64,000 nt of DNA from NCBI GenBank assembly GCA_951406725.2, contig OX597827.1, forward strand, positions 82,584,001-82,648,000. Direction: 5' to 3'. Under the pieces are notes generated by a model. It saw only the letters and a list, made by a program, of their open reading frames with translations. It ran no database searches and had not been told where the DNA came from. The translations under genes and the position numbers were made by a program. This document shows positions 52,815 through 64,000 of this stretch, one piece after another; positions within the stretch are counted from its first letter, which is position 1; each line of letters opens with the position of its first letter. The stretch is from Octopus vulgaris (taxonomy: Eukaryota).

Positions 52815-53324
52815 GATGAGGAGTACAGCAGGGATGGAGGGATGGCGACATGGGAGACATCTGACAGAGCAAACAAGTGCAGCTCCTTTCAGGGGGCAAC
52901 TGAGGCAGCTGAATGCACAAACTGGAGTGAGTGATGCTGGTAGCCAGGGAGCCAAGTGGCAACCCAAGCAGCTATGCCTATATATATATATGCACACACA
53001 CACATATATATATATATGTATACATAATATACACACATATCTATATTTACTCATACACATATGTACATGTATGTGTGTGTGTGAGTGTGTGTGTATCTGT
53101 GTGTATCTGTGTGTACATGGACAGTCAGAGAGATAACTAGTTTATTACATAGATATGAACACACACATACACACACACACATCTATATATACAGAGAGAC
53201 ACACACATGTATATCATTGTTCAGTTTTTTTTGCAAGATTTCTTGCCAATAGAAAAGGAGCTGGTTTCTAACCCAGATCCAAGGATCCTTCATTGGGATT
53301 TCAACCTTGACAACACAGTATTTT

Positions 53325-53374
53325 TGTATGTATGTATGCATGTCTGAATGTATGTATGTATGTATGTATGTGTG

Positions 53375-53408
<34 letters not shown>

Positions 53409-53490
53409 TGTATGTATGTATGTATGTATGTATGTATGTATGTATGTATGTATGTGTGTATATATGTATGTATGTATGTATGTATGTGTG

Positions 53491-53524
<34 letters not shown>

Positions 53525-53630
53525 TGTATGCATGTATGTATGCATGTATGTATGCATGCATGTATGTATGTATGTATGTATGTATGTATGTATGTATGTA
53601 TGTATGCATGCATGCATGTATGTATGTGTG

Positions 53631-53664
<34 letters not shown>

Positions 53665-53722
53665 TGTATGTATGTATGTATGTATGTGTGTATATATGTA
53701 TGTATGTATGTATGTATGTGTG

Positions 53723-53756
<34 letters not shown>

Positions 53757-54246
53757 TGTATGTATGTATGTATGCATGCATGCATGTATGTATGTATGTA
53801 TGTATGTATGTATGTATGTATGTATGTATGTATGCATGTATGTATGTATGTATGTATGTATGTATGTATGTATGTATGTATGTATGTATGTATGTATGTT
53901 ATTATGTATGTATGTATGTATGTATGTATGTATGTATGTATGTATGTATGTATGTATGTATGTATGTATGTATGTATGTATGTATGTATGTATGTATGTA
54001 TGTATGTATGTATGTATGTATGTATGTATGTATGTATGTATGTATGTATGTATGTATGTATGTATGTATGTATGTATGTATGTATGTATGTATGTATGTA
54101 TGTATGTATGTATGTATGTATGTATGTATGTATGTATGTATGTATGTATGTATGTATGTATGTATGCATGCATGTATGTATGTATGTATGTATGTATGTA
54201 TGTATGTATGTATGTATGTATGTATGTATGTATGTATGTATGTATG

Positions 54247-54280
<34 letters not shown>

Positions 54281-54426
54281 TGTATGTATGTATGTATGCA
54301 TGCATGTATGTATGTATGTATGTATGTATGTATGTATGTATGTATGTATGTATGTATGTATGTATGTATGTATGTATGTATGTATGTATGTATGTATGTA
54401 TGTGTGTATGTATGTATGTATGTATG
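53325..54426. repeat. ~1.1-kb (TATG)n tetranucleotide array
   Basis: Seen directly, with CATG and TGTG/TATA variant units. Confidence 0.97.
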
Positions 54427-55111
54427 AATGAATGAATGAGAGTCTCATTGCTTCTGTATCTCATAGAATTTGTTCTGAATCTGTCTGCAATATAAACTAT
54501 GAATAAAGGTTCCGACCAATTCTGAAGGAGAGCTGTAGTCATAAAAATCAATTCCCAAATTAGGAAGTATTTTAAGATTTGAACCTAAAACATAGTCAGA
54601 CATAATAATTCCAAGTCTTCTAGTCACTCTAGTTATATTGTTAAAGCATTGCTGCCACCAAATACCGTTTTCTAAAAGATTAACCCTGCATAACCACCCA
54701 GTTTCCACCCATCTTGACAATCCCCAAACTTATCACCATTTAAACATGCATTATTACAACTAGATTATACAAAATAACACTTTAAAACTATTCTGTTGTC
54801 TGGGGAGGGCCATTCTCTTTTGGTGCTTCATAATTTGACACACTCACTGGTAACTTTTCCACTCATTTACTTATTTATTTTCCCTAAAATTTTCATTGTG
54901 TCTTGCAACATATTCAAAAGTTGTAGACTTTTGCAAACCAAATCCAAAAAGGAAATAATTTAAAACTATGTTCGGCTGATAATACCTTTCTTAAAAGCAA
55001 TATTGGTCTGATATCGTATATCAACGTAATCTACAATATGGCCATGGAATACATATCAACATAATATGCACCAATTTGATATACAATCTAGCAATATGTT
55101 ATAGAGAGCAA

Positions 55112-55290
55112 AGGAGGTGAGATGGCAGAAAGGTTACCATGCTGGACAAAAGGTTTAGTGGCATTCTGGCCGTGCAAACGTTCTGAGTTCAAATTCCACC
55201 ACGGTTGACTTTGCTCATCATCCTTTCAGGATCGATAAAATAAGCATCAGTTTGATGACTGGGGGTCAATGTAATTACCCCCACCCACCT
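55112..55290 (+). mobile_element. SINE family B (degenerate)
   Basis: GGTGAGATGGCAGAA..GTTCTGAGTTCAAATTCC..GACTTTGCTCATCATCC. Confidence 0.7.
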
Positions 55291-55589
55291 GAAATGTGAA
55301 CCCAGTTTATAGAGTAATGTATAATATAACAACATAATATACAATAGAATGATGTATACATACATGATATAGCAGCAATATAATATGTGGTGTATCAATG
55401 TAATGTACATATGAATATAATAAATGTCAACATGGTGTATATCATTGTAATATAGAACATAGAAAGGAAATATGTTTATCAGTCTGATGTAGAGAAATGT
55501 AATGTATAAGAACATAATGTATAATATGGATATGCAATATCGATATGATATTATGTAATATATAGCAATATAATATGGGTGGAATGAAA

Positions 55590-55727
55590 GTAGCTTCCTT
55601 ACCAACCACATGGTTCTGGGTTCAGTCCCACTGCATGGAACCTTGGGCAAGTGTCTTCTACTATAGCCTCAGACCGACCAAAGCCTTGTGAGTGGATTTG
55701 GTAGACGGAAACTGAAAGAAGCCTGGT

Positions 55728-55730
<3 letters not shown>
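55590..55730 (+). mobile_element. SINE family A
   Basis: CCAACCACATGGTTCTGGGTTCAGTCCCACTGC..CCTTGGGCAAGTGTCTTCTACTATAGCC..GAGTGGATTTGGTAGACGGAAACTGAAAGAAGCC. Confidence 0.85.
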
Positions 55731-55770
<40 letters not shown>

Positions 55771-56619
55771 ACAGGTGCTGGTATAAATAACCATTTAATT
55801 TCTATCTGCCCAATGTCACTGCCAATACTTTGAAGGTGATCCAAGGGGCCAGGGATCCCTCTAAGCTGTCCATTTGTGTCCCTCCACACATCTTTTACAG
55901 TCAGGAAAGTTCAGTGAGTGCATTATGTGTGTTTCCCTTGTTGGGCTGGGGGTTAGGTGTGAGCTGCGTGGAAAAGAGCAGAGAACCCTCACTAAATACA
56001 ACTGTAATGGTTTTTATTTCGCTGGAGATGTTCTGGCTTTCTGGCATTTACCGTTTAAAGAAAAACAGAGTGAGCGAATATATTGTCAGGAGGTACCTAC
56101 ATTGAGAGAGGCATCTTGACATCCCGTGTAGGGCGTGGAAGCAATGAAAGGGAGCTAGCTATGGGCAGTTGGGAGCTGACTGCCCAAAAGAGCAAGTGTC
56201 CTGTGGAGTCAGGCTCCTTATATGCCTTTCACGACTTCCGAACGTGTGACATAACACTATAAAAGTTTCCAAGATGGAATGGGATGTTTTCTAATTAGAA
56301 AGACATTTGAGAAATTCTTACCCACATGGATGTGCAAACGGTTTATAAAGATGATATTTTGACACAGGAACATTTCCATGCACAGGCACAATAGAAGAAA
56401 GTCATGGAATCATTAGCTGAGGGTCTGGTAGAAGAGACTTGCTTAAGATGATGCTCAGCGGGGAACCAAACCTGGGAATCTAAGATGGTAAAGTAATCTT
56501 CTTGGACCACTTGGCCATGACACATGGAGATATATAAACACACAGGTACATACATTGATTACACAGCCATACGCAGGATGTAACTATGGTGATATACATA
56601 CATATATATATATATATAT

Positions 56620-56658
<39 letters not shown>

Positions 56659-56730
56659 TAGAGAGATACTTACAATGATATGAACATACATGACACAGGC
56701 ACGTAGAGACACATATGAACAGACATATAT

Positions 56731-56779
<49 letters not shown>

Positions 56780-57498
56780 TACACACGCACACACACACAG
56801 ACGTTAAGACTCATGCACACTCAAAGAGACATACAAAGAGACATTTACACATACAGACATACACATACACTCACACACACACAGATGTATCTATACACGC
56901 ATAAAAGATATATGGGCATACAAATGGAAACACAAAGAGCAAACCACACACACACACACACAAAAGCTGAACATCTCATTACGGTTATACACACACACAC
57001 ACATCTACACACATTTGTGCACACATTCAAAGACACACACACGCATACCCATACAAAGCTAGAGATTTCATTTTGGTTAAACACACAAATCTTTTCTCAC
57101 CCCCCACACCCAAGGTCAGCTGTGGAAGAGATGAGAGAGAGAGAGAAAGAGAGAAAGAGAAAGAGAGATGAGTGTGTGTGTGTGTGTGTTGATGTGGTTT
57201 GTTAGTTTAACTATTCTGTAGGGATTCCCTTATTCTGTCATAGAATTTCCTTGATCAAACAACAACCACATTCCATTCTCTTGATAATTTATATCAGACA
57301 TTGTCATATAACCACCACCACCACCAACACCACCAACACCACCAACAACAACAACAACAACTCCACAAACAACAACAACAACAGAAACAGCAACACCGCC
57401 ACAGAGTTTACACTTTTCTTCTCTTTTTTTTTTATAAATCTTCTCTTTTATTTCATTCTTCTTCTTCTTCTTCTTCCTCCTCCTCCTCCTCTCCTCCT

Positions 57499-57549
<51 letters not shown>

Positions 57550-57615
57550 ATAGTAGCAGCAGCAGCAGCATTATGTTTTCTGCTGTTTACTTCTTCTTTG
57601 ATGGTGATAATAATC

Positions 57616-57961
57616 GGCGGCAGCAGTGGCGGTGGTGGTGGTGGTGGTGGTGGTGGTGGTGGATGTGGTGGTGGTGGTGGATGTGGTGGTGGATGGTGGT
57701 GGCGGCGGCAGTGGCGGTGGTGGTGGTGGTGGTGGTGGTGGCGGTGGTGGTGGTGGTGGTGGTGGTGGTGGATGTGGTGGTGGTGGTGGATGTGGTGGTG
57801 GATGTGGTGGTGGCGGCGGCAGTGGCGGTGGTGGTGGTGGTGACGGTGGTGGTGGTGGTGACGGTGGTGGTGGAGGTGACGGTGGTGGTGGTGGCGATGG
57901 TGGTGGCAGAGGTGGTGGTGGTGGCGGTGGTGGTGGCGGTGGCGTGGTGGTGGTGGTGGTG
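57616..57961. repeat. (GGT)n-rich degenerate trinucleotide array at the left boundary of the duplication
   Basis: Seen directly. Confidence 0.93.
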
Positions 57962-57962
57962 T

Positions 57963-60911
57963 ATGTTTGTCCAATGGTTTAAATTATTTCATTTGGTTGA
58001 ACAAACTGTTTGTATTTGAAATTAGATTTAAGAATGTTGTTGTTGTCGTTGTCGATGTTGTTTAGCTGTTGTTGTTGTTGTTGACGTTCAGCTGTTGTGC
58101 TATTGACAGCATTTCACTAATGAAGTGTATGCAATTAAAATCCTTTTCTGTGCCACGGACGCAGGGTACGTCTTATGCACCGATAGCGTGCGTGTGTGTG
58201 TGTGTGTGTGTCCATATGTGTGTGTGTGTGTGTGCACACTAGTACAGAACTTCACGCATATACCAAAATATACATTTACACACCTGAACACTTATATAAA
58301 TACAATCCCTCACACATCTTCTCAGGATCCCTATATATTCTACAGAATACATACACACACATGCATATATATGTCAACACATATATACACACATCATCAT
58401 CATCATCATCATCATCATCATATCCCCTTTTCCACCCTTCCATGGATCAGGTAGAATTTGTTGAGGCAGGTTTTCTACAGCTGGATGCTCTTCCTGTCAC
58501 CGACCTCCACCAGTTCCTCCACCTCATTGCCCCCCCTCTCATCATCACAATACTTCATTACTCACTGATTCTTCAAGTGATTTCCCTTCAGGAGACGAAC
58601 CACCCTGTGTTCGAATCCTACTGAACCCACATCTACTGCCCTTGGTCAACCGATTTCCTTGTCATTAATTACTTAGTGTCGCTATCTGCATGAAAAAGAA
58701 AAATATTGCTAAATTAGTGTCAACACATTCAATGTGAACAACATTAAAAATCTAATTTCGATTTATTATGTGGAAATGGTAACATTGGATTAAATAGTAA
58801 AACATCTTCCCTCATTTATCACGAGGCTTTGAAGTGTAGACGTCGAGGAGAAGAGTAGAGAACAGTTGAGTGGCAGTGATAGGTGAATCATCTCCATGGA
58901 TTATCTTTTGACCATCTCCACTTTTTCCTGCTAGGGACTTCACTCTTCTGCATCATATATCAAGATCTGGGGCTTCCATGTTTTATGGCCCTTTCTCTTA
59001 TCTTGATGGATACAAGTGTGTAAATCCGCATAAAAAAAGAAAAATTACACTGCCTCACTGAGAGTATGGTTGTGTAAACACAAGTAATAGTCCATGAATT
59101 TTTGGGTAGCTGAGCATTACATGAGTCACTGGGGTGTGTTTGTAGAGGTATGAACAGAATCCTTGACTTATCACAGACCCTTATTATCACAAACCAATCC
59201 ATAATCACAGTTTGAGTGTAACAAGGGTCACTATTGACAGTAACAAGTCTTCATGAATTGTTTTAATTATAGAGCAATCAAGGGCAATAACTTCAGCTAT
59301 GTTTCGAAATTATTAGACCTCATCAGAAGAACAAACACTATTTTGAGTATGCTACTTTCTGAAACTTAATCACTACTACAGCTACTAATTCCTCTTAGTA
59401 GTCGTAGTAGTGGTGAGAGAATCACAACTATTAGACCTCCTCAGTAGACCGTAATAAGAAGGAAAACATGTTTCAAGTTGTCTCCCTTGCTTTCAAAAAA
59501 TGTTTCAAATAATATTTGTCATTGAGATAATGTCTTTTCCTCTCCACGTGATTATTTGTAATTAGTAGGTTAATCAACCGAACATGAATTAATAGACATG
59601 AAAGTATGAAATATTCAGGGAGGATAACATTAATCTCTCCTCTACATAATTACCAGCCTCTGCTTATTGTGATCATCTGAGGGGGAGCCTTTTGAATAAC
59701 AAAGACCAGCTGACATTATGTTTAACATTAAGAGTTTGGGACCCACTTAGTTTTATAACAATGGCTATTTGATGGTATTAGCTTCCTCTGTATCAAATTT
59801 TCTCTTTCTAAATCATTAAGTCTCCCTGCCAGCCGCGATACTCAGAACAGCGTCTCCCACGGATCTAAGAAGTTTATTAAATCCTTTTTTATTCATAAAT
59901 GGTTTTCTCCAAACATTTGACCTTCAAAACTACTCAACTGAACACTAATCCAATGAGCATTACTCAGACACCCACCCATGGCCATCCAAGCAGAAAGTTC
60001 TAAGATGGCTTTGGGCTGAGACAAGCTTCCAACACAGATGAAATTATAAATTTCACAATCACACATTTTGACTGTTTAAACTTTAAAATGATTAACCTTC
60101 AAAATAAACCATGAAAATAGGAAAGGCTTGTGTGGTCTTCCTTGGCAGTCCTGAAGACCACAACCAAACGAAAACAAACAACAAACTCAAGCGAACTTGC
60201 TGTGTCTTGGCATTGTCTGTATTCTTTGACTGTGTTTTATAAGCGAACACAGCAAATGAATGAGAGATTTCTCTGAGACACAGCTGTAAGTGCCATCCTC
60301 ACATTGTTGGGCTTTCAGGTGGCTTTAATTCAATTTCCTGATTTTTATTCAACCATTCAGAAAAGTGAAGCTGATGCTAATTGCTTATCACAGACAACCT
60401 AGCTGTAGTGGTGGCCGAGTGACAGTGGCAAGGATGGAGAGGAGGGAGGGAAGGAGGGGGAAGGAAGAGGAGAGCAGAGGAGGAGATGTTTCCCCCCTCC
60501 CTTAAGTGGATCAGCTGGCTTTCTATAGAAAATGACTGAAACATCTTGGTTTATCGAGTGTTTCCCGTTTATCGTTGGAACTTCTGTGTGATCAATGAAC
60601 CTGCTAGAAAGAGCAGCCATAGCACTCTGTCTTAAAAGTGGACAGAGACATTAGACAATGTCAAACCAAGATATATTATGGCTAAATAATTGACAGGATG
60701 GTCATGGCCAGAACACTTTTCATCAATAGTTTGCAGTTTGAAAATTGATCCTGGGATGAAAACAACTTATCAGGAATCTGAAATTGATGGTAGCCATTAA
60801 CACCACCACCACCACTACCATCATCACTACCATCACCACTACCACTATTTCCGTCATCATCATCACCACCATCACCATCATTATAGTCATCACTACCACC
60901 CTCTTCATGAT

Positions 60912-60943
<32 letters not shown>

Positions 60944-61191
60944 CCATCACAATGGTGGTGTTTGATATGTTTTTCCATTCTGGCATTATTTGGATAGGAA
61001 TTATGGCAATAAAGTTTTACAGATGGTGACCCTTCTTCGTGCTGGCCCTTTCCGCCACCCTTGACAACACAGAGGGATCAAAATGTTCCTATTCTAAAAA
61101 CAGGAACACACAAAATACAACTATATTGTTTTTTATTTAACTCTGACCCCAGAAACACCCTTTGGGGTGTTGGTGAGGTGTGATTTCTCTG
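57963..61191 (+). repeat. ~3.2-kb tandem duplication, copy 1
   Basis: Sequence starting ATGTTTGTCCAATGG at 57963 recurs at 61192 (offset 3229); the ORF-track translations are identical in both copies. Confidence 0.95.
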
Positions 61192-64000
61192 ATGTTTGTC
61201 CAATGGTTTAAATTATTTCATTTGGTTGAACAAACTGTTTGTATTTGAAATTAGATTTAAGAATGTTGTTGTTGTCGTTGTCGATGTTGTTTAGCTGTTG
61301 TTGTTGTTGTTGACGTTCAGCTGTTGTGCTATTGACAGCATTTCACTAATGAAGTGTATGCAATTAAAATCCTTTTCTGTGCCACGGACGCAGGGTACGT
61401 CTTATGCACCGATAGCGTGCGTGTGTGTGTGTGTGTGTGTCCATATGTGTGTGTGTGTGTGTGCACACTAGTACAGAACTTCACGCATATACCAAAATAT
61501 ACATTTACACACCTGAACACTTATATAAATACAATCCCTCACACATCTTCTCAGGATCCCTATATATTCTACAGAATACATACACACACATGCATATATA
61601 TGTCAACACATATATACACACATCATCATCATCATCATCATCATCATCATATCCCCTTTTCCACCCTTCCATGGATCAGGTAGAATTTGTTGAGGCAGGT
61701 TTTCTACAGCTGGATGCTCTTCCTGTCACCGACCTCCACCAGTTCCTCCACCTCATTGCCCCCCCTCTCATCATCACAATACTTCATTACTCACTGATTC
61801 TTCAAGTGATCTCCCTTCAGGAGACGAACCACCCTGTGTTCGAATCCTACTGAACCCACATCTACTGCCCTTGGTCAACCGATTTCCTTGTCATTAATTA
61901 CTTAGTGTCGCTATCTGCATGAAAAAGAAAAATATTGCTAAATTAGTGTCAACACATTCAATGTGAACAACATTAAAAATCTAATTTCGATTTATTATGT
62001 GGAAATGGTAACATTGGATTAAATAGTAAAACATCTTCCCTCATTTATCACGAGGCTTTGGTCTCAGACAACTACAGTGAAAAATTGGTCAGTGATAGGT
62101 GAATCATCTCCATGGATTATCCTTGACCATCTCCACTTTTTCCTGCAGAGACTACACTCTTCTGCATCCTGTATCAGGATGTGGGGCTTCCATGTTTTAT
62201 GGCCATTTCTCTTATCTTGATGGATACAAGTGTGTAAATCCGCATAAAAAAGAAAAACTACACTGCCTCACAGTATGGTTGTGTAAACACAAGTAATAGT
62301 CCATGAATTTTGGGTAGCTGAGCATTGTACATGGTCACTGGGGTGTGTTTGTGGGGTATGAACAGAATCCTTGACTTATCACAGACCCTTATTATCACAA
62401 ACCAATCCATAATCACAGTTTGAGTGTAACAAGGGTCACTATTGACAGTAACAAGTCTTCATGAATTGTTTTAATTATAGAGCAATCAAGGGCAATAACT
62501 TCAGCTATGTTTCGAAATTATTAGACCTCATCAGAAGAACAAACACTATTTTGAGTATGCTACTTTCTGAAACTTAATCACTACTACAGCTACTAATTCC
62601 TCTTAGTAGTCGTAGTAGTGGTGAGAGAATCACAACTATTAGACCTCCTCAGTAGACCGTAATAAGAAGGAAAACATGTTTCAAATTGTCTCCCTTGCTT
62701 TCAAAAAATGTTTCAGATAATATTTGTCATTGAGATAATGTCTTTTCCTCTCCACGTGATTATTTGTAATTAGTAGGTTAATCAACTGAACATGAATTAA
62801 TAGACATGAAAGTATGAAATATTCAGGGAGGATAACATTAATCTCTCCTCTACATAATTACCAGCCTCTGCTTATTGTGATCATCTGAGGGGGGAGCCTT
62901 TTGAATAACAAAGACCAGCTGACATTATGTTTAACATTAAGAGTTTGGGACCCACTTAGTTTTATAACAATGGCTATTTGATGGTATTAGCTTCCTCTGT
63001 ATCAAATTTTCTCTTTCTAAATCATTAAGTCTCCCTGCCAGCCGCGATACTCAGAACAGCGTCTCCCACGGATCTAAGAAGTTTATTAAATCCTTTTTTA
63101 TTCATAAATGGTTTTCTCCAAACATTTGACCTTCAAAACTACTCAACTGAACACTAATCCAATGAGCATTACTCAGACACCCACCCATGGCCATCCAAGC
63201 AGAAAGTTCTAAGATGGCTTTGGGCTGAGACAAGCTTCCAACACAGATGAAATTATAAATTTCACAATCACACATTTTGACTGTTTAAACTTTAAAATGA
63301 TTAACCTTCAAAATAAACCATGAAAATAGGAAAGGCTTGTGTGGTCTTCCTTGGCAGTCCTGAAGACCACAACCAAACGAAAACAAACAACAAACTCAAG
63401 CGAACTTGCTGTGTCTTGGCATTGTCTGTATTCTTTGACTGTGTTTTATAAGCGAACACAGCAAATGAATGAGAGATTTCTCTGAGACACAGCTGTAAGT
63501 GCCATCCTCACATTGTTGGGCTTTCAGGTGGCTTTAATTCAATTTCCTGATTTTTATTCAACCATTCAGAAAAGTGAAGCTGATGCTAATTGCTTATCAC
63601 AGACAACCTAGCTGTAGTGGTGGCCGAGTGACAGTGGCAAGGATGGAGAGGAGGGAGGGAAGGAGGGGGGAAGGAAGAGGAGAGCAGAGGAGGAGATGTT
63701 TCCCCCCCCCCCCTTAAGTGGATCAGCTGGCTTTCTATAGAAAATGACTGAAACATCTTGGTTTATCGAGTGTTTCCCGTTTATCGTTGGAACTTCTGTG
63801 TGATCAATGAACCTGCTAGAAAGAGCAGCCATAGCACTTTGTCTTAAAAGTGGACAGAGACATTAGACAATGTCAAACCAAGATATATTATGGCTAAATA
63901 ATTGACAGGATGGTCATGGCCAGAACACTTTTCATCAATAGTTTGCAGTTTGAAAATTGATCCTGGGATGAAAACAACTTATCAGGAATCTGAAATTGAT
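61192..64000 (+). repeat. ~3.2-kb tandem duplication, copy 2 (runs off the window)
   Basis: Matches 57963-60788 almost exactly, except for a divergent patch at ~62060-62360. Confidence 0.95.

Noticed and set aside
53183-54551. Long ORFs (359-421 aa) of YIHT/MYVC repeats
   Set aside because: Translations of the (TATG)n array, which lacks stop codons; not genes. The same applies to the many YI, HT, CV and homopolymer ORFs across the window.
54445-54790. 91-aa minus-strand ORF, possibly L1/Tx1-derived (also 55830-56119)
   Set aside because: No diagnostic motif identifiable without a search.
57573-58019. Gly-rich, His-rich or Trp-rich ORFs
   Set aside because: Frames of the (GGT)n array.
59291-59329. 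Minus-strand CTGATGA..GAAA hammerhead-like motif (duplicated at 62499-62537)
   Set aside because: Stem II has only ~2 pairs and there is no NUH triplet with a matching stem I; at best a decayed remnant.

Overview
AT-rich, microsatellite-dense eukaryotic DNA, most likely from an Octopus or other coleoid cephalopod (inferred from the protocadherin type and the repeat families). It contains one real protein-coding gene, a protocadherin on the + strand. A single large exon (acceptor AG at 20003-20004, CDS 20027/20054-22429, donor AAG|GTAAG) encodes a signal peptide, six cadherin repeats, a TM helix and the start of the cytoplasmic tail. A probable in-phase cytoplasmic-tail exon lies ~24.6 kb downstream (47041-47221/47229). 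The rest is mostly repeats: three tRNA-derived SINE families, decayed RTE-clade LINEs and their (GAT)n tails, an R4/Dong-type LINE end at a (TAA)n tract, a LINE end with C2H2 fingers, a full-length decayed mariner, piggyBac- and hAT-like MITEs, long simple repeats, and a ~3.2-kb tandem duplication at the right end. The most unusual signal is a set of minimal hammerhead-ribozyme folds. One has a canonical core and sits inside a ~400-bp foldback element (14096-14148). The others belong to a ~190-bp dispersed family with a variant core, two copies of which lie in tandem 232 nt apart (retrozyme- or Penelope-like). Most ORFs in the supplied track are microsatellite translations. Repeat boundaries were read by eye and are approximate.
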